A stretch of DNA of 64,000 nt from Candidatus Acidiferrales bacterium (GCA_035551975.1 DASZMG010000161.1:22606-86605), one strand, 5' to 3'; positions 28,459 through 37,477 are shown, numbered from the stretch's first letter. Notes: generated by a model from the letters alone, not told the origin. Program-made: numbers and translations.

Positions 28459-29604
28459 TTGAACCTTGAATTGGATGAAGAGCAGCAGCTTTTGCAGAAA
28501 AGCGTCCGCGACTTTGCCGAAGCGGAGGTAAGCCCGCGCGCAAAGGATCTCGACGATACCGGACATTTCCCGCTCGATCTTTTTCAAAAGGCCGCCCGGC
28601 TTGGATTGACCGCCGTAGCCATTCCCGAGGTTGAAGGTGGATCGGGAATGGACCACCTGAGTTATTCCATCGTGATCGAGGAAGTATCTCGCGCTTGCGC
28701 TTCCACCGGCGTGATTCTCTCCGTCCAGAATTCGCTCTACTGCGATCCCGTCTTTCGATTTGGAACCGAAGAACAAAAAAGGAAATTTCTCGCTCCGTTC
28801 GCCCGAGGAGAAAAAATCGGCTGCTACGCTCTCACCGAGCCCCAGGCCGGTTCCAACGCCGCCGCGCTCGCTACGAAGGCCGTTCTAAAAGGCGACCGCT
28901 ATATCGTGAATGGGGCCAAAGCCTGGATCACCAATGGGGGCGTGGCCGATGCTGCCATCATTTTCGTGAATACGCATCCCGAAAAAGGCGAGAAGGGGAT
29001 TACCGCGCTCCTCGTGGAAAAAGGGACGCCGGGATTCAGTGCAGGAAAAGAGGAAAAGAAGCTGGGAATTCACGCTACGGCCTGCGCAGAGCTTTCCTTT
29101 GCGGAATGCGAAGTGCCTGTTGGGAATCGGCTCGGCCAGGAAGGCGAAGGCTACAAGATCGCGCTATCCACACTGGACGGCGGCCGCATCGGCATTGCGG
29201 CGCAGGCAGTCGGAATCGCGCAGGGCGCATTCGAAGCGGCGCTTTCTTACGCGCAGCAGCGCCAGGCCTTCGGGCATCCCATTTCTGAGTTTCAAGCAAT
29301 CCAATTCATGCTCGCGGACATGACCACGGAAATTGGAGCGGCGCGGTTGCTGGTGCGTCGCGCCGCCTGGAAGCAGGACGCGGGCACGCGCTTTACCATG
29401 GAAGCTTCCGTGGCCAAACTTTTCGCCAGCGAAATGACTACGCGCGTGGCGCACAAAGCAATTCAAATCCACGGCGGTTACGGGTACAGCCACGAGTACC
29501 CGGTGGAACGCGCCTACCGCGACGCGCGCATCACCGAAATTTACGAAGGCACCAGCGAAATTCAGCGTCTGGTGATCGCCGCCTCTCTTCTGCGAGCGGG
29601 CTAA
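28459..29604 (+). CDS. acyl-CoA dehydrogenase (short/medium-chain type)
   Basis: 381 aa, TTG start. GCYALTEPQAGSNAAAL, GAKAWITNG and the C-terminal RITEIYEGTSEIQRLVIA are ACAD signatures. Confidence 0.9.
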   Translation: MNLELDEEQQLLQKSVRDFAEAEVSPRAKDLDDTGHFPLDLFQKAARLGLTAVAIPEVEGGSGMDHLSYSIVIEEVSRACASTGVILSVQNSLYCDPVFRFGTEEQKRKFLAPFARGEKIGCYALTEPQAGSNAAALATKAVLKGDRYIVNGAKAWITNGGVADAAIIFVNTHPEKGEKGITALLVEKGTPGFSAGKEEKKLGIHATACAELSFAECEVPVGNRLGQEGEGYKIALSTLDGGRIGIAAQAVGIAQGAFEAALSYAQQRQAFGHPISEFQAIQFMLADMTTEIGAARLLVRRAAWKQDAGTRFTMEASVAKLFASEMTTRVAHKAIQIHGGYGYSHEYPVERAYRDARITEIYEGTSEIQRLVIAASLLRAG

Positions 29605-29645
29605 TCCTCAAGTTCGCATGATTGACCGCCGGCACGATCCCGCAT

Positions 29646-31031
29646 TTACTTTACGAATTCCGGTTTCTCGCCTTTTGCCCAGGGATCGTAATTCAGCACA
29701 AATTTCACCCGGTCCGAAATGGGCGGGTGGGTATAAAACAAAAACACGTCGATCGGATTCGGATCGGGATCCGACAATGAAGACTCGCCTTCCACCTGGA
29801 AGGAATCCGCAGTCACTTGTCCCGCATCGGGCAGAATTCCATGCGTCACTTCCAGCCCGTACACATCCGCCTGATGCTCCACATGTCGACTGTAGGCATT
29901 CGAGATCGGATCGAACAGGAAACTGAAAATCGAAAGCAGCAGCAATAGCGCAGGCAACGACGCCCAGTCATCCAGCCCCCGCACGTGCCATCCGCTGCCC
30001 CATTTCGCCAGCATCCATCCAATACTTCGATAACCAAGCCACAGCATTGCGAACAGCACCACCAGCGTGAAGATCAGCCCTTTCCACACGTGCCCCAGCA
30101 CGTAATGTCCCATCTCATGCCCCAGCACGGACACAATCTCTGGCGTCGTTTCCTTGTCGATGGTTGTATCCCAAACCACGATGCGCTTCGACGCTCCCAA
30201 CCCGCTTACGTACGCGTTCATCGTCGGCGTCTTGTCGCTCGCCTTCATCCAGAACATCCGATCCGGTGGAATGTTCAGCCCCGCGCGCGCCACCACCTTC
30301 TCCAGCTCCACCACCAGCGCCGGATCTTTTTGTTGCAGTGGCGCGAAGGTGAAGAACATCGGCTCCAGCACAAATGGTTCGACGAACGAAAGGAAGACGA
30401 TGATCGGCACCGACACCAGCCAGAAGTAAAACCACCATTTGCGCGGCGACTTCCGGATCACTCCATACAAAATCCAAACCATGAAGCCGCCAATCACCAT
30501 GAAAATCAAAATGCCCTTGGTCCAATCCCATGCCAGCGCACCCCAGCCTTCCACCGATAATCCATATTTCGTTGAAACAATATGTTCGTAAATTGACAGT
30601 GGAGACTCCAGCACCGCCACCAGCAGGATCAGCGCTGGCGTGAATACGAAAGCCTGCACCAATCGATTTTTCGAAACTCTTTCCGCCCAATCCCGGAATT
30701 TCGGCGCCAATCCAAGCTTCAGCGCCAGCCAAAACACGAAGATTCCGTAAAACGCGTCAATCAGGTTCAACGCAAAGTGGATTCGTCCCAGTGTTTTCGC
30801 TTTTCTATATAGATCCGGAGGAAGGGTGTACGCGGTTACTCTGGCTTGCGACTCAATCGGCCGGACGATTTCCTGCCGCGGCGTGGTCTGGTGATTCGTC
30901 TGCGCTGCGGCGAAAGCTTGTTCTCCGCCCGGCGCATTCCCCGGCGCGGCCGCGGTAATTCGCGAGCCTGCCAGAGCCGCCGCGAAAAGTGAAAATCCTA
31001 AAACTACTGCGCGAAGCCAGCATCTCTTCAT
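29646..31031 (-). CDS. M48 family (Ste24-like) membrane metalloprotease
   Basis: Multi-TM N-terminal half plus zinc motif VLGHEMGHYVLGH and a downstream EHQAD. Confidence 0.85.
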   Translation of the reverse strand: MKRCWLRAVVLGFSLFAAALAGSRITAAAPGNAPGGEQAFAAAQTNHQTTPRQEIVRPIESQARVTAYTLPPDLYRKAKTLGRIHFALNLIDAFYGIFVFWLALKLGLAPKFRDWAERVSKNRLVQAFVFTPALILLVAVLESPLSIYEHIVSTKYGLSVEGWGALAWDWTKGILIFMVIGGFMVWILYGVIRKSPRKWWFYFWLVSVPIIVFLSFVEPFVLEPMFFTFAPLQQKDPALVVELEKVVARAGLNIPPDRMFWMKASDKTPTMNAYVSGLGASKRIVVWDTTIDKETTPEIVSVLGHEMGHYVLGHVWKGLIFTLVVLFAMLWLGYRSIGWMLAKWGSGWHVRGLDDWASLPALLLLLSIFSFLFDPISNAYSRHVEHQADVYGLEVTHGILPDAGQVTADSFQVEGESSLSDPDPNPIDVFLFYTHPPISDRVKFVLNYDPWAKGEKPEFVK

Positions 31032-31069
31032 TAGTCGGCTCCTGAAACGATTCTGGCATAATACGCACC

Positions 31070-32110
31070 ATGTCAGCCATCAGCCCCACTCAGAGTCCTA
31101 CCGTAAATCGCCAATTCATTCTCGTCGCGCGTCCTGTGGGATTGCCGAAGGAATCCGATTTCGAGCTCGTCGAGCTTCCGTTGCCTTCTCTCGCGGACGG
31201 CCAGATTTTGTTGCGGACGCACTTTCTCTCGGTCGATCCTTACATGCGCAGCCGCATCAGCGGCATCCGCACCTACGCCGATCCTGTGAACATCGGCCAG
31301 CGCATGGTCGGCGGCACCGTGAGAGAAGTCATCGAATCGAAGAATTCGAAATTCCAAGTCGGCGGATTTTACGAAGGTTACTGGGGCTGGCAGGAGTATT
31401 TTGTATCAACGGGAGAGCGGCTTCGCAAGCTCGATCCTGCTTTCGCTCCGATTTCCACCGCGCTGGGCGTTCTCGGGATGCCCGGCATGACTGCCTTTTT
31501 CGGTCTGCTCGATATCTGCAATCCTCAGCCCGGCGAAACCGTGTTAGTTTCCGGCGCCGCCGGTGCGGTCGGCTCGCTCGTCGGACAAATCGCCAAAATT
31601 ATCGGCTGCCGCGCGGTTGGCATCGCCGGCAGCGACGAGAAAATCGCCTGGCTCGTCAATGAACTTGGCTTTGATGCCGCCTTCAATTACAAGACCGCCG
31701 AAAATTACGTGGAAGCCCTGAAGAAAGTTTGCCCCAACGGAGTCGACTGCTATTTCGACAACGTCGGCGGCGCCATCACGGACGCCGTTTTTCCTGTGCT
31801 CAATTCCCAATCCCGCATTTCCATTTGTGGACAAATCGCGCAATACAATGCCACTAAGCCTGAGCCCGGCCTGCGCAATTTCATTTACTTACTCACGAAA
31901 CAGGCCCGCGCGGAAGGTTTTCTCGTCTATCAGTTCACCGACCGCTATCCCGAAGGCATCGCGCAAATGGCCAAGTGGATCGCCGAAGGAAAGCTCAAAT
32001 ACCGCGAGCAGACCGTCGAAGGATTTGAGAAGGCGCCCGCCGCCCTGATTGGCCTTTTCCATGGCGACAACACCGGGAAAATGCTGGTTCACGTCGCCAA
32101 CGCTCAGTAA
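31070..32110 (+). CDS. NADP-dependent oxidoreductase, medium-chain dehydrogenase/reductase family (YncB/CurA/PTGR1-like)
   Basis: 346 aa. GETVLVSGAAGAVGSLVGQIAK Rossmann motif and the C-terminal GLFHGDNTGKMLV typical of this subfamily. Confidence 0.85.
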   Translation: MSAISPTQSPTVNRQFILVARPVGLPKESDFELVELPLPSLADGQILLRTHFLSVDPYMRSRISGIRTYADPVNIGQRMVGGTVREVIESKNSKFQVGGFYEGYWGWQEYFVSTGERLRKLDPAFAPISTALGVLGMPGMTAFFGLLDICNPQPGETVLVSGAAGAVGSLVGQIAKIIGCRAVGIAGSDEKIAWLVNELGFDAAFNYKTAENYVEALKKVCPNGVDCYFDNVGGAITDAVFPVLNSQSRISICGQIAQYNATKPEPGLRNFIYLLTKQARAEGFLVYQFTDRYPEGIAQMAKWIAEGKLKYREQTVEGFEKAPAALIGLFHGDNTGKMLVHVANAQ

Positions 32111-32143
32111 ATCCCCGAATCCCGTTTTGTTCGGTTCCCCCCT

Positions 32144-32166
32144 GCTTTCGGACAGCGAAAGCTGTC
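32144..32166 (+). other. two mutually exclusive hairpins downstream of the oxidoreductase gene (GCTTTCG-gacag-CGAAAGC or GACAGC-GAAA-GCTGTC); weak terminator candidate
   Basis: Exact complementarity seen in the sequence. No U-tract follows, so terminator function is doubtful. Confidence 0.25.
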
Positions 32167-32254
32167 TCTACGGCCCGTTTACTCCTTCGGTCTGTGCTTC
32201 CAACCTTATTTGCGCGGCCTGCTTACGCATGACTAGTATAAAGAGGGTGATAAA

Positions 32255-32851
32255 ATGGCCTTGATTGGGAGAATTCTTATGCGACGTTCGGCTTTGACGA
32301 TGGCGATTCTATCTGTTGCGCTCGCGGGCACCGCGGCCGCGCGGCAATCTGCTTCGCAGGAAGACTCTCTCGCCGCTGCTGCTCGCCGCGCTCGCGAGCA
32401 AAAGAAGGATCAGCCAAAGCCGGTGCGCGTCTGGGACAACGACAACATTCCCAAGAAGGCCGACGAAATAACCGTCCTCAACAGTCATCAAACCGCCGCT
32501 GCCACGGCCGATTCTGCCGCCGCCTCTGACGGCAACAAACAGGTACCGCCTGCAGTCCAGGATTCGTCAGCCGAAAAGAAAGCCAAGCTCGAAGCGGATC
32601 TGGCTGCCGCCAAAGAAGATCTGCAAACCTTGCAGAACGATCTCGACATTCTCAAGCGCAAGTTCGTTCTCGACCAGCAGACCTACTACAGCAAGCCGAA
32701 TTACACTACCGATAAAGACGGTGCCGCGGCCCTCAGCGACGAGCAATCTCAGATCGACGCCAAGCAACTCGACATGGGCGCTGCTCAGCAGAAAATCACC
32801 GACCTGCAAGCCCAACTCAACGTTCTCGCCGAGCAAAAACAGCCGAAATAA
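32255..32851 (+). CDS. secreted coiled-coil hypothetical protein
   Basis: Signal-like ALTMAILSVALAGTAAA, then SLAAAARRAREQKKDQPKPVRVWDNDNIP, then a Q/K/D/L-rich heptad-like region. Which of the first two Met codons is the start is uncertain. Confidence 0.55.
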   Translation: MALIGRILMRRSALTMAILSVALAGTAAARQSASQEDSLAAAARRAREQKKDQPKPVRVWDNDNIPKKADEITVLNSHQTAAATADSAAASDGNKQVPPAVQDSSAEKKAKLEADLAAAKEDLQTLQNDLDILKRKFVLDQQTYYSKPNYTTDKDGAAALSDEQSQIDAKQLDMGAAQQKITDLQAQLNVLAEQKQPK

Positions 32852-33019
32852 CAATTTGCCAGCGAGCAATCGGGTTCAAATCACCCCAGGCCCATCAACG
32901 AAGTCCACGTTTCTCGTACTTCATTGACTGCGTGAGTCTCGCCCTTTTCCGCGGAATCTCCTCCGCCGGACGAAATCCACAGCCCGCAAGCCTTGCCCCA
33001 CTAATTGTATTCATTTCCC

Positions 33020-33048
33020 ATTGACACACTAGCAACACTGCCGCAAAA
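33020..33048 (+). promoter_or_regulatory. candidate sigma-70 promoter (TTGACA-N17-CAAAAT)
   Basis: TTGACA at 33020-33025 and CAAAAT at 33043-33048 with a 17-nt spacer, about 95 nt upstream of the small ORF at 33143. Confidence 0.3.
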
Positions 33049-33142
33049 TTCACGCCAGCTTTTCAGTATTAGGCTTTGTTCCCGCTGGACGCGATGATTT
33101 CTCATCGCCTTTTCGGCGGCATCTCTTCTCAGAAGAGGGACG

Positions 33143-33349
33143 ATGCAATATCTGCCCGGCTGGACTGTTCAATGCCTGAACGCTGAATGCGCCGCCCGTG
33201 GCCAATGGCTGCGGGTGGAAACCTCTTCGCAGGAGTGCTGCAGCAATTGCGGCGCGCCGCTTCAGAATGTTCCTCCGCCGCTCGGCCCCCGCCTTCGTCT
33301 CCGCCCGCGGCCTCTGGCCAGCTATCGCCCCATGGGCCATCGCCGGTAA
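33143..33349 (+). CDS. possible small zinc-ribbon protein (68 aa)
   Basis: CLNAEC...CSNCG cysteine pairs followed by a Pro/Arg-rich tail. The SD is weak and close. This could be a chance ORF in GC-rich DNA. Confidence 0.3.
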   Translation: MQYLPGWTVQCLNAECAARGQWLRVETSSQECCSNCGAPLQNVPPPLGPRLRLRPRPLASYRPMGHRR

Positions 33350-33459
33350 CGCCAAAGTCCGACGGTCACGCTACAAGATTCCGATTGTGGTGGGTGCCTC
33401 TTTTCCCTCTTTTAAATCGCTATTTCAATTTCAGGAAAACTTAGGAATTTGTTGTAGCC

Positions 33460-33497
33460 AAAAAGAGGTGAGCGGCTGGCGGGGGAACCAGCCGCTC
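33460..33497 (-). terminator. hairpin plus T-tract on the minus strand (GAGCGGCTGG-ttcccccg-CCAGCCGCTC-acctcTTTTT)
   Basis: 10-bp perfect GC-rich stem at 33470-33497, followed on the minus strand by a T5 run 5 nt downstream. No minus-strand CDS ends nearby. Confidence 0.45.
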
Positions 33498-33700
33498 GGG
33501 GCATGGGGTCTATCTAGGTGCAGGAATTTGAGTCCGTCTCCGGAGCGCCCCGGCACGGCTCAGGGGCTTTCCTTCCCTGTTCCCTGCCGGAGCGCTGAGC
33601 CAGTCTCAAATCCAAGGTGATAATGCCTGGGGCTTTCGCCGCGGTCGATAGGACGGAAGGTTCAATTAGTTTTAGTACGAAAGTCCTACGAACAAAACGG
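33460..33700 (-). ncRNA. candidate structured small RNA (unclassified) ending at the 33460-33497 terminator
   Basis: 422-bp non-coding gap. Nested helices are visible on the minus strand: GGATTTGAG/CTCAAATTCC, GCGCTCCGG/CCGGGGCGC (the latter needs a G-U pair that is only possible on the minus strand) and GGCTCAG/CTGAGCC. The 5' end is not defined. Confidence 0.3.
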
Positions 33701-33771
33701 TTCGGGCAAAGGGTGGAAGTCTTCATCGCGTTCAAATTTAGCGATGGCTGCTGTTTGCGGCGGCTTGCTCG

Positions 33772-34893
33772 ATGTACTACGATGCTCCCTCGCGAATGAC
33801 TGATCCCTCTTCTCCCGCCGCCAAATCCCGCGCCAGCGAAATGCTTTGGGAGTTCTGGTACCCCGCGATGCGCACTCGCGAGCTGCGCTCCTCGAAGCTT
33901 CAGCGCGTGTTGTTGCTCGACGTGCCGCTGGTTCTCGGCCGCGATTCCGTCAGGAAGCCGTTTGCCTTGCGCGATATTTGTCCGCATCGTGCTTATCCGC
34001 TTTCCTTCGGACAGTTCGACGGCGCCAACGTCGAATGCGCCTACCACGGCTGGCAGTTTGACGCTCACACCGGCCAATGCCGCGTGATTCCTTCGCTCAC
34101 TCCAGACTCAAAGCTCAAGTGCGAACGCATCTATGCCGGCAGCTTTGCCTGCGAAGAGCGAGACGGCTACATCTGGGTGTTCATGTCCAATCCCGAAGGC
34201 CGCTCGCTGCAAGCTCCCCCGCCTGCGGTGCCGGAGCTTCCCACCTTCAGCGCTCGCTATCAAATGGCTCGGCTCTGGGCCTATCTTCCTTGCGGCATCG
34301 ACCAGGCCATCATCGGCCTCATGGATCCCGCGCACGGCCCTTTCGTGCATCAGGCCTGGTGGTGGCGCACCCGCCATAGCATTCGCGAAAAGGCCAAGCA
34401 GTTTGAGCCCATCCCCAATGGTTTTCGCATGAGCCCGCACGCGCCGTCCGCGAACAGCGCGCCTTACAAGATTTTGAAATGGATTACCGGTGAGCCCGCC
34501 ACTACCACCATCGACTTCGTTTTGCCTAATCAGCGCTTTGAGCAGATTCGCGCCCGCAAATACTGGCTCTCCAGCCGCACCACCGTCACTCCCGTTACGT
34601 CTGAGCTTTGCCGTCTCGACTTCTGCGCTGCCTGGAACATTCTGCCGTGGATTCCCATCGTGCCCTTCATCCTCGACGTTCTTGGCCCGCGCTTCATTCG
34701 CCAGGATACCGAAGTGATTCAGAAGCAGTCGCTCGGATTGAAATACGAAGATCGCATGATGCTGGTGGACGACGCGGACCGCCAGGCGCGCTGGTATTTC
34801 GAATTAAAGGCTGCTCATGCGGAATCCAGACGCACCGGCGAACCCATGCGCCATCCGATGACTGGCCCGGTTACCCTGCGCTGGCGGTCGTAA
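33772..34893 (+). CDS. Rieske [2Fe-2S] domain oxygenase (PaO/ring-hydroxylating alpha-subunit-like)
   Basis: Rieske motif CPHRAYPLSFGQFDGANVECAYHGWQF followed by a catalytic-domain-sized C-terminus. The start is uncertain (33772, 33796 or 33841). Confidence 0.8.
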   Translation: MYYDAPSRMTDPSSPAAKSRASEMLWEFWYPAMRTRELRSSKLQRVLLLDVPLVLGRDSVRKPFALRDICPHRAYPLSFGQFDGANVECAYHGWQFDAHTGQCRVIPSLTPDSKLKCERIYAGSFACEERDGYIWVFMSNPEGRSLQAPPPAVPELPTFSARYQMARLWAYLPCGIDQAIIGLMDPAHGPFVHQAWWWRTRHSIREKAKQFEPIPNGFRMSPHAPSANSAPYKILKWITGEPATTTIDFVLPNQRFEQIRARKYWLSSRTTVTPVTSELCRLDFCAAWNILPWIPIVPFILDVLGPRFIRQDTEVIQKQSLGLKYEDRMMLVDDADRQARWYFELKAAHAESRRTGEPMRHPMTGPVTLRWRS

Positions 34894-34895
34894 TA

Positions 34896-35702
34896 TCAGC
34901 CACCCAGAAACGGAAAGTGTTCCGCAGCAGCCATGAAGAACAGCATTGGAAACGAAAGCCAGAATCCCACGCGCGATGCCAGAAAACTCCAGCGTGCCAG
35001 CCGCTCCGCTTCCGCTGGCATCGGCGCTTCCTGTTCTGCAGTCGCGCGCGTCCACGCAATCAATTTTTTCTGAACGCGCCACACCACTCCCCAGGTGTTC
35101 AGCAGCATCAGCAGTCCCAGCCCGCCGCCAAGGCTGATCGATAAGTGCGCGTTTGAGGCTTGTGGGTCTGAATTCAGGCGCAGCACGATCAGCGACGCGG
35201 CAATCACAATCGCGGCAATCGCAACCGCTCGTACCCACCGATTGTGCACCCAGGAATTGTTCAGCGCGCCCTTGCTCGGCATCTGCAGCGGATAAATCAG
35301 CGCGTACGCCGTCAGCCATACCAACGCCCACCAGCCAAACCACTTCCAAGCGAGTGAGGGCATTCCCGCATTCTGCGCGTCGATGCCCAGCAACTCTGAG
35401 TAATATCGGAGCCCCGCCAGCACCGTGAACACCGCCGACCAGCGGAACCACCACATCGCCCGGCCCATCAGCACCTGATACATCTTCACCCGCACCGCCG
35501 GCTCGAGCACCGCCGGCTCGAGTTGCTTCATGGCCGGCATTCCAACCAGATTGAAGAAGTAGAGCAGCCCAACCCAGATGATTCCTGCCACAATGTGAAC
35601 CCACCGCAGCAGGATCTGCTCGCCGCTAAGCGGGTCGGTTGGGAAGCTGATGTGGCTGCCAAATGTCTGAAGAGCGGCGATAGTATAAAGGTGGGAAGTC
35701 AA
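34896..35702 (-). CDS. integral membrane protein resembling the transmembrane domain of urate hydroxylase PuuD (no cytochrome c CxxCH motif present)
   Basis: LLRWVHIVAGIIWVGLLYFFNLV and several further TM helices. The family assignment is from memory only. Confidence 0.6.
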   Translation of the reverse strand: MTSHLYTIAALQTFGSHISFPTDPLSGEQILLRWVHIVAGIIWVGLLYFFNLVGMPAMKQLEPAVLEPAVRVKMYQVLMGRAMWWFRWSAVFTVLAGLRYYSELLGIDAQNAGMPSLAWKWFGWWALVWLTAYALIYPLQMPSKGALNNSWVHNRWVRAVAIAAIVIAASLIVLRLNSDPQASNAHLSISLGGGLGLLMLLNTWGVVWRVQKKLIAWTRATAEQEAPMPAEAERLARWSFLASRVGFWLSFPMLFFMAAAEHFPFLGG

Positions 35703-35828
35703 TTTTTGAGCCTGGTGCCAGCAGGTGCGGCACGGAGCAGGGAAAGCCGTTGGCGATTGGACCCCAAGCTCACGAAACAGTCAATTGAAACGTAATTGAC
35801 ATCATTTGCTATAGCTGCCTACCATCAA

Positions 35829-35838
35829 TTGCTAGCAA
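35829..35838. promoter_or_regulatory. 10-bp perfect palindrome TTGCTAGCAA in the divergent promoter region, near a TCAATT-N7-AATTGA dyad
   Basis: Seen in the AT-rich stretch at 35780-35840, 57 nt upstream of the MBL-PilZ gene start. Confidence 0.25.
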
Positions 35839-35894
35839 ATCCTTTGTTCTCCTGAGGGGCCGATAGGCGCACGCATCAAACGGGCCCGCCAGCA

Positions 35895-37085
35895 ATGACG
35901 CAGAACACAGCGAAGCTCGTCTTTTGGGGAGTTCGCGGGTCCACGCCCACCGTCGAACGCGACACTTGGCGCTATGGTGGCAATACGCCTTGTCTGGAGC
36001 TTACTGCGCCCGGGGGCGCTCACTTCATACTGGACTGCGGTACCGGCCTGCGCACTCTCGGCAATCGCTGGGCCCAGGCCAACAGTGAATTCGGCATCGA
36101 AGCCCATGTTTTGGTGACCCATTTTCATTGGGACCACATTCAGGGCATTCCCTTCTTTCGTCCGTTCTTCGAGGCGCAGAACCGCTTTCATTTTTATGGC
36201 TTCCAATCGAAGTGTCTTGGCCCGGACAGCCTCCGCCAGGTCTTCGAATCGCAATTAACTGGCCCGTATTTCCCGGTGGACGTCAGCCTCATGGCCGCTC
36301 CGCGCTCTTTTCGAGAAGTCACCGGCGGCGAGCGCTGGGAAATCGACGGCACCCGCATTTCGACTGCCTGGCTGAATCACCCGCAAGGCTGTCTCGGTTA
36401 TCGCCTGGACACTACGGCCGGCTCGATTGTTTACGCCACCGATAACGAGCCCGGCGCGCCTGAATTTGACAGGAGTCTCCGCCAGTTCGCTCAGGGCGCG
36501 GACATTCTCATATACGACGCGCAATATTCGCCCGAACAGATTGCTTCCACCCGCAAAGGTTGGGGTCATTCGAGCTGGCTCGAAGGGGTAAAAATCGCGC
36601 GTGACGCTCGCGTCGGGAATCTCATCCTATTCCACCACAATCCGGAATCGTCCGACAACGTAATCGACGGCTTTTTATCCGCGGCTCGCCTCGAATTTCC
36701 ATCCACCTGGGCCGCCGCCGAAGGCATGTGCCTGACGCTTAGCGATCGCGGCGTCAACGTGACTCTTCGCGAACGCCGGTCCGCCCCGCGTCGCCGCCTG
36801 CGCTTCAACGCCGTTGTTAGCGGCCAGACCGAGGAAGGGCGTTCCTTCGAGGAAAAAGCTACCGTACGCGATTTGAGTCTGCAGGGCGCTTACATCGTGC
36901 TGGACAACCGTCCCAAGCTTCAGTCCGAACTCCGCGTGGTCATTGAAGCGGCTGAACAAACCAGCAATAGCCAAATGATTTTTCGCGGAACGGTGATTCA
37001 CTGCAATGCGGGTCGCGAGAATTCGCAAAACGGCGTCGGCGTTATTTTCGTCGCCGAGGTCGATCCCGCCGCTCCCAGCGATTAG
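35895..37085 (+). CDS. MBL-fold metallo-hydrolase fused to a C-terminal canonical PilZ domain
   Basis: MBL motif VTHFHWDHIQG and the later HHNPES. C-terminal RRRLR (RxxxR) and RDLSLQGAYIVL (DxSxxG). Confidence 0.85.
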   Translation: MTQNTAKLVFWGVRGSTPTVERDTWRYGGNTPCLELTAPGGAHFILDCGTGLRTLGNRWAQANSEFGIEAHVLVTHFHWDHIQGIPFFRPFFEAQNRFHFYGFQSKCLGPDSLRQVFESQLTGPYFPVDVSLMAAPRSFREVTGGERWEIDGTRISTAWLNHPQGCLGYRLDTTAGSIVYATDNEPGAPEFDRSLRQFAQGADILIYDAQYSPEQIASTRKGWGHSSWLEGVKIARDARVGNLILFHHNPESSDNVIDGFLSAARLEFPSTWAAAEGMCLTLSDRGVNVTLRERRSAPRRRLRFNAVVSGQTEEGRSFEEKATVRDLSLQGAYIVLDNRPKLQSELRVVIEAAEQTSNSQMIFRGTVIHCNAGRENSQNGVGVIFVAEVDPAAPSD

Positions 37086-37228
37086 CTCACGCGCCTCTTT
37101 AGACTCACTTCACGCACAAGTACGTCACTGGCGTCGAGCGAAGATGCCTCGTGGTCCGCACTTACATCGTGACAGCGGAGTCGAAAGGCTTCGATTTTGC
37201 TGTTCACTTCAGAATTCAAGATTGGAGA

Positions 37229-37477
37229 CTACTCTTCCAGCGCCGATATCTGCGCGTCGAGGTCGGACAGGGCCTTGGCAAGCTGGGCCTTGTAGCGCTC
37301 ATTCTGGCTCGCGTTTAGATCCTTCTCCACACGCGCGCGCGAAAGGAGCAGAACGGCTTTCCGCCGGTGCGCTTCCATTTGCTGCGGGGTCAACTGCTTC
37401 CTGCGGTTGTCCTTCGGGGATTTCTCAGCTTCTTGAACCTGGTCCTCTACGGCTTTACTTTCCCAACCCTTGGCCAT
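37229..37477 (-). CDS. small charged coiled-coil hypothetical protein (82 aa)
   Basis: ORF with K/E/Q/R-rich helical sequence. The SD is poorly spaced. Coding status is uncertain. Confidence 0.4.
   Translation of the reverse strand: MAKGWESKAVEDQVQEAEKSPKDNRRKQLTPQQMEAHRRKAVLLLSRARVEKDLNASQNERYKAQLAKALSDLDAQISALEE

Noticed and set aside
33679-33686. GAAAGTCC, reminiscent of the RNase P RNA conserved region. I also checked the 33.5-33.7 kb region by eye against SRP RNA and cobalamin riboswitch cores.
   Set aside because: The surrounding sequence does not match the RNase P (AGGAAAGUCCGGGC), SRP domain IV or B12-box consensus as I remember them. The region is left as unclassified.
33514-34077. 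187-aa minus-strand ORF overlapping the start of the Rieske oxygenase gene and the non-coding gap.
   Set aside because: It has no motif, overlaps a well-supported plus-strand gene, and its 3' part coincides with the structured non-coding region.
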